The notes below the pieces were generated by a model. The model worked only from the letters and a program-made list of their open reading frames with translations. It was not told the origin of the DNA and searched no databases. Position numbers and translations under genes: made by a program. A stretch of DNA of 64,000 bases from Planctomycetota bacterium (lineage in GTDB: Bacteria; Planctomycetota; UBA8108; SXIK01), in NCBI GenBank assembly GCA_965223845.1, contig CBDCXR010000004.1, positions 768,001 through 832,000 of the forward strand. The letters are read 5' to 3'. Positions 29,701 through 37,250 of this stretch are shown piece after piece. How positions within the stretch are numbered: position 1 is the first letter of the stretch; the number at the start of each line of letters is the position of its first letter.

Positions 29701-29933
29701 CGGCGCAGAACCTCGACTTCATGAGCCTCGCCACCTACTTCCAGGAGAACCTCGACGGACGCTACCGCACCCTCGGACGCCCGGATATCGGTGTCTTCGA
29801 CGAGGATGTCCGCCTCTTCCTCGAGTCCTCGCTCAGTCTGTTCAAGCGCGCCAAGCGTCTGCGGGAGCTCGAGGTCAAGTGGAGTCGAATCGGCGAAGCC
29901 CCGAGCGAGGAGACCACGGAGGGCGACGCGTGA
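26769..29933 (+). CDS. Secretin (GspD/PilQ family) lipoprotein with long N-terminal disordered region and C-terminal extension
   Basis: ATGA overlap; lipobox-like ATSC (Cys45); IDQPARLIMIEVQVVE, ARPKILTLDG..IGQEVP, VGFTLNIRPRV, IVLGGLI..KIPLLGDIPLLGYLFR..EVIFVVTPHVL. Confidence 0.9.
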   Translation: MKISRWTAPWIEFTSPRDRRLPTAVFSRALVACGIGIVLGAATSCRSTSEPEPDLTGAMLGAAERERAADLDAPSSPDEPRPPIVAIESDGIGGDGAGDQEAAEAFLRETKRDAASEEDAIRRELERMQSQLARAGTPDEVEHADAPGSDGAADSPPTPAADATLNLDDADRLLAKAGGIEGLPAGDAAEPKAPEPVPPEVPAPPSNDPPPTLRSGSAEGEAAPNGAASAPPPPPPAEGAAPPAESTGEEQPARPQGYMDIVQLHQKTADEVLRFFAESFPDWIEKRYVEKVPGKARSVLVFGEKPDDPTTKQILEMIDKFDFLEVKPTEMVIRPRYIEPKAAMEAITMRGLAHVWLVTKETKTATWAVGKTSVSATHEHNVYAPKDLAATSEPPIEPRPKIPYVYELPEPPSFTVPKEYSGRSAGDRTLVDFTNMSSTEQRGAFVAVGTEEDIAAIEAFVAEIDQPARLIMIEVQVVELDANKFLDLGIDSVGFGQGHTLGSISLPLPGEPIVQPGLGDTVRRSADIFVPPITQEGFGLIFDDTSIDLSGRFLGNIHALVREGDATVKARPKILTLDGRTSVLHIGQEVPTFRSTGVTRDSTEGNLISEINEVAKEYVGFTLNIRPRVTGGSTEEVALQLEVIANQLGERQRVFEQDLLGIPTINRKHYIGETRVKNHRPIVLGGLIQETEVESVNKIPLLGDIPLLGYLFRRTQKSRARNEVIFVVTPHVLSQKGVDRAATPKESPIFDTFDSALFNDKHIIKGRDVLGIDPITGNPAEVEGRPFTEKDVVDLTLLNIIKQRELVKKLGILDDYLGDSTTELSWVQRTWPERTVKWWSERDQEVYFRAAAIVLENVKELNPDLDYDELVLPRREIVLPTTPFRISLSYDRVKSLQNLSKPILRGQRVELSESTLILLREAGGKSLRDFADFLAARERAAEDHAELIVELNRLYHSLYPASDALGALAYPDVFRELSAQNLDFMSLATYFQENLDGRYRTLGRPDIGVFDEDVRLFLESSLSLFKRAKRLRELEVKWSRIGEAPSEETTEGDA

Positions 29934-30754
29934 GGCGAGTTCGCGGCGGCATCTTGAGATTCTCCGAGGCCACCGCGCTTCTCGGCGCTCTCTTTCTCGC
30001 ATCGGGGCCCGCCGGCTGCAGCTCGACCGATGAGCCCGAGCCGAAAACGGTGAAGGAGATCCTCGAGGAGAACAGCACGCTTCTCGTCGATCTGGCGAGC
30101 TATCAGTCCGTGGTTCGCGACGAAGCGGCGCAGCGCGTCCGTCAGCTCGGTCGAGAGCAGGGAACCGCTCTCATCCTGCATCTCCTCACTGACCCGACCC
30201 TCGAAGACGACCGGGTCGAAATCGTGCTCGCGCGCATTCTCGCCGAGTGGCGCGATCCCCGCGCCGTGCCGTATCTCCTTCAGTTTCTCCCGCATCCGGA
30301 TCGCGGCGCGCAGCGAAATGCGGTCGAGGGCCTGGCGCTCTTTCCCTCCGATCCTCGAGTCATGGACGCGCTCGGCGAGCTCGTCATGAGCGAAGACCGC
30401 CGGGAGCGCGAGATCGCCGCAGCGACGCTCATTCGCCTTCGGACGCCTGCCGCACTCGACCTCTGCGCGCGGCGAGTGCGCCAGGAGCCGGATCCGAAGA
30501 CTCGGGCCAACCTTCTCATCGCGATCGTGAACAGCGATCACGCCCAGCGAAAGCGCGTTCTCGTCGAGTCGCTCGACGACCTCGACCAGGCGATCCGCGA
30601 GCTCGCGTGGGCGGGGCTCGAGCGCTATCCGGACCTCCCCGACGAGGTCGACTACTCGCCGAGCGGAACGCCGAAAGCGAACGATCCCGCCGTCCGTGCG
30701 AAGCGCGAATCGAATCTGAGAATCTTGCGTCTCTGGGCGCGATCGGGTCGCTGA
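29930..30754 (+). CDS. HEAT-repeat lipoprotein
   Basis: GTGA overlap with secretin stop; LLGALFLASGPAGC lipobox; HEAT/PBS repeats (VRDEAAQRV, DPRAVPYLLQFL, AQRNAVEGL, IRELAWAGL). Confidence 0.8.
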   Translation: MRRVRGGILRFSEATALLGALFLASGPAGCSSTDEPEPKTVKEILEENSTLLVDLASYQSVVRDEAAQRVRQLGREQGTALILHLLTDPTLEDDRVEIVLARILAEWRDPRAVPYLLQFLPHPDRGAQRNAVEGLALFPSDPRVMDALGELVMSEDRREREIAAATLIRLRTPAALDLCARRVRQEPDPKTRANLLIAIVNSDHAQRKRVLVESLDDLDQAIRELAWAGLERYPDLPDEVDYSPSGTPKANDPAVRAKRESNLRILRLWARSGR

Positions 30755-31078
30755 GCGTCTGCGCAACGAACGGTGCGCGGCTTGGAGCGGATCCTCTCGC
30801 TCGGCCGCTTGCTCGCGAATCCTCGACGATGCCTCTAGACTCTAGTCTGGCAGCGCTTCTCCTTTCGATTGCGAATCGGCTGACACCCAGGACGAAGCGA
30901 GCACTCGACGACCAGCTGACGGCTGCTGCTACGAGCGCCGGCCAAGCGAGAGAGTCCTAGCGGTAGGCGTCGTTTGCACGCGATCTCTCCTCGCTAGCGT
31001 GGTTCCGCGACTCCGTGAGGCACCGCGAGACCGGCGGCCGAGCGACGAAACGGGTCCGTCGCTCCTTCGCCAGCGCGC

Positions 31079-32251
31079 CTACTCGCTCGGCAAGCGGCGG
31101 ATGACATGGAACCCGTGCTCGGTCTCGACGACGTTCGAGATTTCGCCGATCTTGAGCGCGAAGGCCGCCTTCTCGAAGGCGGGAAGAAGCTGACCGGGAG
31201 TGAAGAACCCGAGGTCGCCGCCCCGCAGGCCGAAGCCGTCTTCGGAGTAGCGCTTCGCGATCGCGCCGAAATCTGCCTCGGGAGCTCGCGCGAGCTCGAG
31301 AACCGTCTCGGCTCTCGCTCGCGCTTCTTCACGAGTGCGTTCGATGCCTTCCGATTCGGTCGCGCCCTTGAAGCGAACGAGAACGTGGGCGACGTGGAGG
31401 CGCCGAATTCGTTCGCGTCGGACGACATGCCAGCCGAGCGGCGACTCGACCGGTTCGTCCGCGAGTGCACCGACGTCGAGCGCGGCGATCGCGCGCTCGA
31501 GCGAAGGAAGGATCTCGCCGGGACCGAAGATGCCGAGTCCTCCGCCCGTCGCGCCGTCCGGTGCCTCGGAGTAGCGCCGGGCGAGAGCAGAGAATTCGGC
31601 GCCGGGTCGGCGGGCCTCCGCGAGCACGCGCCGAGCGATGGCGCGCGCCTCGTCGCGCGTACGCTCAAGTTGCTTCGGTGCGCGGTCGCGACCCCGGTAC
31701 TGAAGGAGGATGTGCCGGCCCGCCCACTCGCGAATGGGGATTCGGCGAAAGATGTGAACTCCGAGCGGCGAGTGCACCGGCTCCGAAATCGCCCCGATCT
31801 CGAGCCCGAAAATGGCGTCGGTGACGTTCTCGAACTCGGAGTTCAGCTCGTAGCGCGTGAAGATTCCCATGTAGCCGCCGTTCTTCTTGGCGGAGGGATC
31901 CTGGGAGTGAAGCTCGACCGCGCGCTCGAACGTCAATCGACCGCGCCGGATCTCATCGCGGAGATCCGACGCCCGCCGCAGCGCTTGTTCCTTCGTGAGG
32001 CGCGTTCCTCGCGCATCGAACGATTCCGAGTGTCGGAGGAGAAGATGCTCGGCCGCGACGCGATACGGTCGCCGCGCGTTCGTCGCGCGGTCCTTCCGCC
32101 TCGAATCTTCCTGCTTCGAAGCGGGACGCGGTGGATCTTCGGAGCTCGCGGCGCCGAGAGAGGCGAGCTCGCCGATCGCGATGGCGATCGATATCCCGAG
32201 TCCGAAGGTGAACACCCGCGAGCGGGAACGGACGGGAGGCAAGCGGGACAT
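31079..32251 (-). CDS. Peptidyl-prolyl isomerase with three parvulin (rotamase) domains, exported
   Basis: N-terminal hydrophobic segment; three HxLxx..F..A..S.D..GG.LG.F..PV.S..G.H units. Confidence 0.92.
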   Translation of the reverse strand: MSRLPPVRSRSRVFTFGLGISIAIAIGELASLGAASSEDPPRPASKQEDSRRKDRATNARRPYRVAAEHLLLRHSESFDARGTRLTKEQALRRASDLRDEIRRGRLTFERAVELHSQDPSAKKNGGYMGIFTRYELNSEFENVTDAIFGLEIGAISEPVHSPLGVHIFRRIPIREWAGRHILLQYRGRDRAPKQLERTRDEARAIARRVLAEARRPGAEFSALARRYSEAPDGATGGGLGIFGPGEILPSLERAIAALDVGALADEPVESPLGWHVVRRERIRRLHVAHVLVRFKGATESEGIERTREEARARAETVLELARAPEADFGAIAKRYSEDGFGLRGGDLGFFTPGQLLPAFEKAAFALKIGEISNVVETEHGFHVIRRLPSE

Positions 32252-32315
32252 GGGCGGCGAGTCTCGTGACGGGTGGACGCAAACGGTATGAAGGAGGCGC
32301 GTTCGCGCGCGGCGC

Positions 32316-32344
32316 TCGACTTGGGACCGCACCCGAATTATACT
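32316..32344 (+). promoter_or_regulatory. Putative sigma70-type promoter of the metal-dependent repressor
   Basis: TCGACT-17 nt-TATACT, followed by RBS GGAGG and ATG 32367. Confidence 0.5.
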
Positions 32345-32366
32345 CCTCACATCGGCCGGAGGTCCC

Positions 32367-32906
32367 ATGATCAACAGCGTTTGGAAAGCGTTCGCGGAAC
32401 ACGAGATTTCGCACAGCGTGGCTCATTACCTGACGACGATCCACGCGCTCCGCGAGAAGCGGGGCTACGCGCGCGTGTCGGACGTTGCCGAAGAGCTTGA
32501 CGTCGCGAAGGGCTCGGTGTCCGTTCAGATCAAGCATCTCCGCGAGAAGGGCTACGTCGAAGAGGACGAAAAAAAGCACCTGCAGCTCACCGAGCGAGGA
32601 GAGGCGGCGGCGCTTCAGGTGCTCGAGAGTCGTCGCGTGGTGACGCAGTTCCTCGGAGACGTCCTCGGGCTCGCCCCAGACGTCGCGGAGAAGGACGCCT
32701 GCAAGATCGAACATCTCCTCAGCGAGGAGTCGGCGGCCCACCTCGTCCGCCTGCTCGACCTCCTCCAGTCTAGCGATCCCGACGCGGTCGCGTTTCTCGG
32801 CAAGCTTCGCGAATTCACGACGAGCTGTCCGAGCCTCGAGCACTGCGATATCTGCGAGGACGAGTGTCTGCTCGAGGTCGAGCCGCGGAACGACGCCGAG
32901 GATTGA
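32367..32906 (+). CDS. DtxR/MntR-family metal-dependent transcriptional regulator with Cys-rich tail
   Basis: HYLTTI..ARVSDVAEELDVAKGSVS HTH; LTERG; DACKIEHLLS; tail CPSLEHCDICEDEC. Confidence 0.92.
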   Translation: MINSVWKAFAEHEISHSVAHYLTTIHALREKRGYARVSDVAEELDVAKGSVSVQIKHLREKGYVEEDEKKHLQLTERGEAAALQVLESRRVVTQFLGDVLGLAPDVAEKDACKIEHLLSEESAAHLVRLLDLLQSSDPDAVAFLGKLREFTTSCPSLEHCDICEDECLLEVEPRNDAED

Positions 32907-33040
32907 CGGAGTCGCCGAGCAATCGGTCACCAGGGGCGATCGCCGCGCCGCACTCTACCCGCGGCCGAGCGGAGCGCCCTCGCGCTGAGTCCTCGGCCGA
33001 ACGAGCTAGGCTAGCCCGCGAGCGAGTGGGGCAACGCGCT

Positions 33041-33075
33041 CCTCCACCGCCTTCCTCCACCGCCTTCCTCCACCG
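33041..33075. repeat. 13-bp tandem repeat (CCTCCACCGCCTT x about 2.7)
   Basis: Read directly; lies immediately 3' of the globin stop codon. Confidence 0.85.
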
Positions 33076-33076
33076 T

Positions 33077-33448
33077 TTAGCGGTCGAGGATCTCCGCCTT
33101 CGTGCTGGCGATGAATTCGAGCACTTCGGCGCGCTCGACCGCCGGGACGTCGAACTGATCGAGCGTCGCACTCAGATGGCCGAGGAACGCGTCCCAATCG
33201 GCCTCGTCGATTTTCATTCCGACGTGCGTCGTTCGCATGTCGCGACCGACGTACACCATCGGGCCGCCGGCGCTCGCGCAGAGAAAATCGACGAGGAGCT
33301 GCTTCTCCCGCTGGAGTCCGTCGTTCCCGCGGTGCGCCCAGAATCGTCCTAGCTTCGGATCTTCCATCAATCGGGGAAGAAGATCGTCGACGACGGCGGC
33401 GATCGCGTCGTATCCGCCGAGCCGCGCGTACAAGGTCTCTTCACTCAT
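33077..33448 (-). CDS. Group I truncated hemoglobin
   Basis: RBS GGAGG; TLYARLGGYDAI, FLCASAGGP..YVGRDM..HVGMKI (proximal His). Confidence 0.92.
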   Translation of the reverse strand: MSEETLYARLGGYDAIAAVVDDLLPRLMEDPKLGRFWAHRGNDGLQREKQLLVDFLCASAGGPMVYVGRDMRTTHVGMKIDEADWDAFLGHLSATLDQFDVPAVERAEVLEFIASTKAEILDR

Positions 33449-33861
33449 GATCGTCCTCCCGTGGTGTGTGGAGCGGATTCCAGCGGATAGAATCGTCGAT
33501 CGCTACTTTCGCATCAAGGGCGCCGAAGAGTTTGACTGTGTAGTCGTCCACGCGTGTCGAAGCTCGGATCGTCGCCTCGCTCTCGCGGCCGGGCGAACGC
33601 AGTGCTGGAGCACACCGAGTTCGAACGGGGCGCTAGCCTTTTCCTTGGGTGAAATCGAGGCGGTCTATCATCCCACTTCGCGAGAGTTTCGAGGCCGGAG
33701 GGCGTCGTTCTTCAGTGCTCGCCGCCGCACCGCTCCGTTCGGTCGGGCTCATGTCGCTCTCGTCGAGACTCGGAGGATAGCCGCAACGGAAACGGGGCGC
33801 ACGGCGTGAATCTGCCGGGACTTGCCTCCGCTCGCGCCAAACCAAGAGTCGATCCATCCCG

Positions 33862-35709
33862 ATGAACATCCTCGGAATCTCCGCGTACTACCACGACAGC
33901 GCGGCCTGCCTCGTGAAGGACGGCACGATCGTCGCCGCGGCGCAAGAGGAGCGCTTCTCACGAGAAAAGCACGACGCGCGGTTCCCCGGACGAGCCGTCG
34001 AGTTCTGTCTCGAAGCCGGCGCCATCGGTGCCGAGGACGTGGATTTCATCGCGTTCTACGAGAAGCCGCTTCTCAAGTTCGATCGAATCCTCGAGACGTA
34101 CCTCGCCTACGCACCGCGCGGATTCGGAGTGTTCAGAAGGGGACTACCCGTTTGGCTGAAGCAGAAGCTCCACCTCCGCCGGGAGCTCGCGAGAGGGGTC
34201 GGAGGGCGCTTCGGCGGACGGCTCGTGTTTCCCGAGCACCACGAATCTCACGCGGCGAGCGCGTTCTTTCCGTCGCCGTTCGAGGAGGCGGCGATCCTCA
34301 CGCTCGACGGCGTCGGCGAGTGGGCGACGGCGACGATCGGGCGGGGAGCCGGCAACCGAATCGAGCTCATGCGCGAGATTCGATTCCCGCACTCGCTCGG
34401 GCTTCTCTATTCCGCGTTCACGTCGTTCTGCGGGTTTCGAGTGAACAGCGGCGAGTACAAGCTGATGGGACTCGCGCCGTACGGCGATCCGATCTATCGG
34501 GACGTCTTTCTCGACCGATTGATCGATCTCAAGGACGACGGGTCGTTTCGAGTGGACCCGTCGTACTTTCCGTACGGGTGGAAGTCGACCATGACGTCGA
34601 GGAAACTCGAGCGGCTCGTCGGGGGACGACCACGCCGTCCGGAATCCGAAATCACGAAGCGAGAGATGGATATCGCCGCGTCGATCCAGTCCGTCACCGA
34701 GGAGGTGATGCTGCGGTCGGCGCGGTTCGCGCACGCGCTCACGGGTTCGCTCCGATTGGTCCTCGCCGGCGGCGTCGCACTCAATTGCGTGGGGAACGGC
34801 CGGATCCGGCGCGAAGGACCGTTCGAGGAGATCTGGATCCAGCCGGCCGCGGGCGACGCGGGAGGGGCACTCGGCGCGGCGCTCTTTGTCTGGCACCAAC
34901 TTCTCGAGCGGGAGCGGAGCGTCGGCGGGCAGGATTCGCAGCGAGGCTCACTCCTCGGCCCGGAGTTCGGGCGAGACGAAGTGCGGACGACACTCGAGTC
35001 CCTCGGCGCGACTTACACCGACTTCGATGGCGACGAGCACCGCCTCGTGGGGGAGATCGTGCAGTTGATCGCCTCGGAGAACGTGGTCGGCCACTTCGCG
35101 GGGCGCATGGAGTTTGGCCCGCGTGCGCTCGGCAACCGATCCATCCTCGGCGACGCCCGCTCGCCGCGGATGCAGGGGTTGCTCAATGAAAAGATCAAGT
35201 TTCGCGAATCGTTTCGCCCGTTCGCTCCGAGCGTTCTCCGGGAAGACGCTGCATCGTACTTCGATCTTCGCGGTGGGGACGAAAGCCCGTACATGCTGGT
35301 GGTCGCACCGGTCCATGCTTCGCGCCGTCTGCCGCCCAGGGAAGGGGGCCGGTCGGTGGGCTTCGAGCGACTGCGCGAGATTCGCACCGAGATTCCGGCC
35401 GTGACTCACGTCGATGACTCGGCGCGAGTCCAGACCGTGGATCGCACTCGGAACAGCCGCTACCATCTCATTCTTCAGCGCCTCAAGCAGGTGACTGGTT
35501 GTCCCGTAGTCGTCAACACGAGCATGAACGTTCGCGGGCAGCCCATCGTATGCACGCCGGCCGAGGCGTACCGCTGCTTCATGGCCACCCAGATGGACGC
35601 GCTCGTGATCGAAGATGTCTTGCTCCTCAAGTCCGAACAAGGAGCCGAGGCGACTCGACCGCTCGAGCCGCACTCGCCATCACGGGGCAGGGGATCTCTC
35701 CGAGCGTGA
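33862..35709 (+). CDS. Carbamoyltransferase (NodU/CmcH/SxtI family)
   Basis: ILGISAYYHDSAA, QEERFSR.KHD, EHHESHAASAF, DGVGE, GEYKLMGLAPYG, GGVALN, EFGPRALGNRSI, KFRESFRPFAP, THVDDSARVQT. Confidence 0.95.
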   Translation: MNILGISAYYHDSAACLVKDGTIVAAAQEERFSREKHDARFPGRAVEFCLEAGAIGAEDVDFIAFYEKPLLKFDRILETYLAYAPRGFGVFRRGLPVWLKQKLHLRRELARGVGGRFGGRLVFPEHHESHAASAFFPSPFEEAAILTLDGVGEWATATIGRGAGNRIELMREIRFPHSLGLLYSAFTSFCGFRVNSGEYKLMGLAPYGDPIYRDVFLDRLIDLKDDGSFRVDPSYFPYGWKSTMTSRKLERLVGGRPRRPESEITKREMDIAASIQSVTEEVMLRSARFAHALTGSLRLVLAGGVALNCVGNGRIRREGPFEEIWIQPAAGDAGGALGAALFVWHQLLERERSVGGQDSQRGSLLGPEFGRDEVRTTLESLGATYTDFDGDEHRLVGEIVQLIASENVVGHFAGRMEFGPRALGNRSILGDARSPRMQGLLNEKIKFRESFRPFAPSVLREDAASYFDLRGGDESPYMLVVAPVHASRRLPPREGGRSVGFERLREIRTEIPAVTHVDDSARVQTVDRTRNSRYHLILQRLKQVTGCPVVVNTSMNVRGQPIVCTPAEAYRCFMATQMDALVIEDVLLLKSEQGAEATRPLEPHSPSRGRGSLRA

Positions 35710-36146
35710 TGTTCGACGTCAACTTGAGCCCCGACCGGTCCGAGCTTCGACAGTTCGGCTTCATCGGACTGACGGTGTTCACCGTCCTCGGCGCGTTCGT
35801 CTACTGGCGTGGCGGCGCGTTCGGTCTCGACTTCGGCGCGGCCGCGAAGCCGGTTGCCATCGGCGTCTGGGCGGTCGGTGCGACCTGGGGCATCCTCGCC
35901 GCTCTCCGGCCCGAAGCGAACCGGCCGTCGTACGTCCTTCTCACGGTCATCACGTATCCGATCGGCTTCGCCATCTCGATGGTCCTTCTCGCGGTGTTCT
36001 TTTTCGGGATTCTCACTCCCCTTGCGATCTTGTTCCGCTTCACCGGACGAGATGTGCTCGGGCGAAAGTTCGATCGAGCGGCGCAAACGTACTGGAGTCC
36101 GCGCCCGTCTGCGTCGGATCTCCGGCGCTACTATCGGCAGTACTGA
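35709..36146 (+). CDS. SxtJ-family membrane protein
   Basis: Overlaps carbamoyltransferase stop; ELRQFG, FFGILTP, GRDVL..TYW..RQY terminus. Confidence 0.85.
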   Translation: MFDVNLSPDRSELRQFGFIGLTVFTVLGAFVYWRGGAFGLDFGAAAKPVAIGVWAVGATWGILAALRPEANRPSYVLLTVITYPIGFAISMVLLAVFFFGILTPLAILFRFTGRDVLGRKFDRAAQTYWSPRPSASDLRRYYRQY

Positions 36147-36173
36147 CGCGGCGAGGATCCGGTAGGCTTAGGA

Positions 36174-36419
36174 ATGAAGACCAGCGAATCCGGCACCGAC
36201 GACGATCTACCGCGAGCTCCTGACGCGGACCGCTCGAGCGAGTTTGAACGGCTCGGACGGAGCGAGCAGCGCGTCGGCCTCGCGGCGGAGCTTTGGGACT
36301 TCCTCCGCTACAACAAGAAGTGGTGGCTCCTTCCCATTCTCGTCCTCCTCCTCCTCCTCGCCCTCCTCGTCTCGATCGGAGGGGTCGCGGGATCGCCGTT
36401 CGTGTATCCGTTCTTCTGA
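36174..36419 (+). CDS. DUF5989 (SxtK-like) small membrane protein
   Basis: ELWDFLRYNKKWWLLPI..SPFVYPFF. Confidence 0.88.
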   Translation: MKTSESGTDDDLPRAPDADRSSEFERLGRSEQRVGLAAELWDFLRYNKKWWLLPILVLLLLLALLVSIGGVAGSPFVYPFF

Positions 36420-36673
36420 GAGACGGACGCGCCACGAACGGCCGAATCGCTCGCGGCTGTTCGCGAAACATTCCCCGGGGCTGGGAAATTCTTCGCGGAA
36501 TCGCCTCGTCGATGCGGCGGACGTGCCCGATTCTTCCGGGACCTCGCTCGTTGGCTCGTACTTTGCGGAAAGTCTGGGCTGTGAGGTCCGGTTCAGCGAC
36601 CCGGCGTGAGCGCATGGTGCTCCCCTCGGCTCTGAGTTCGCGCCCCCGACCTCGACGGGCGAAGGAGAATTCC

Positions 36674-37243
36674 ATGTCTCGATCTCAAACGGAACCTTGT
36701 TCACGAACGAAGGCGGGGTGGAGGGTGAGCGCGCCGGCGGGCTTCATCGTGCTCGCGAGTCTCGGCGTGGTGACGCTCGGGGGGCTGACCACGCTCGCGG
36801 ATTCGAAAGAGGACGCGGCGCTCGAGCGCACGCGAAAGCAGGTCCGCATGCTGGACGATCTCTACAAGACCGCAGTGGTCCTCATTACGGATAAGTACGT
36901 CCATTCCGAAAAGGACTTCCCCGCGGGAAGTGCCGCGGTCGCGCTCTTCGACGCGATGAAGAAGAAGGGGTGGCACGAAGTGCGACTCCTCGACGCGACG
37001 GGGGAGCCGATTCGGCGGAAGAACTCGCCGAAGGCCGGATTCGAACGGGACGCGGTCGCCGCCCTCAAGGCGGGAAAGGGCTACTTCGAGGCGATCGTCG
37101 AAGTCGACGGAAAGCGCCGTCTGCGTGCCGCAACGCCGATCCCCGTGGTGAGCAAGAAGTGTGTGCTCTGTCACGAGCACTACGCGGAGGCCCCCAAGGG
37201 AGCGCCGATCGGCGCGCTCAGTTACACGCTAAGCGTCGAGTGA
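36674..37243 (+). CDS. DUF3365/Tll0287-like c-type heme protein
   Basis: RBS GAAGGAG; signal/TM segment; MLDDLYKTAVV, N.P..FE, CVLCH heme motif, IGALSY. Confidence 0.85.
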   Translation: MSRSQTEPCSRTKAGWRVSAPAGFIVLASLGVVTLGGLTTLADSKEDAALERTRKQVRMLDDLYKTAVVLITDKYVHSEKDFPAGSAAVALFDAMKKKGWHEVRLLDATGEPIRRKNSPKAGFERDAVAALKAGKGYFEAIVEVDGKRRLRAATPIPVVSKKCVLCHEHYAEAPKGAPIGALSYTLSVE

Positions 37244-37250
37244 ACGCTCG

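Noticed and set aside
33862-36419. Saxitoxin biosynthesis cluster
   Set aside because: Only sxtI/J/K-like genes are present; no sxtA, sxtG or other core genes in the window
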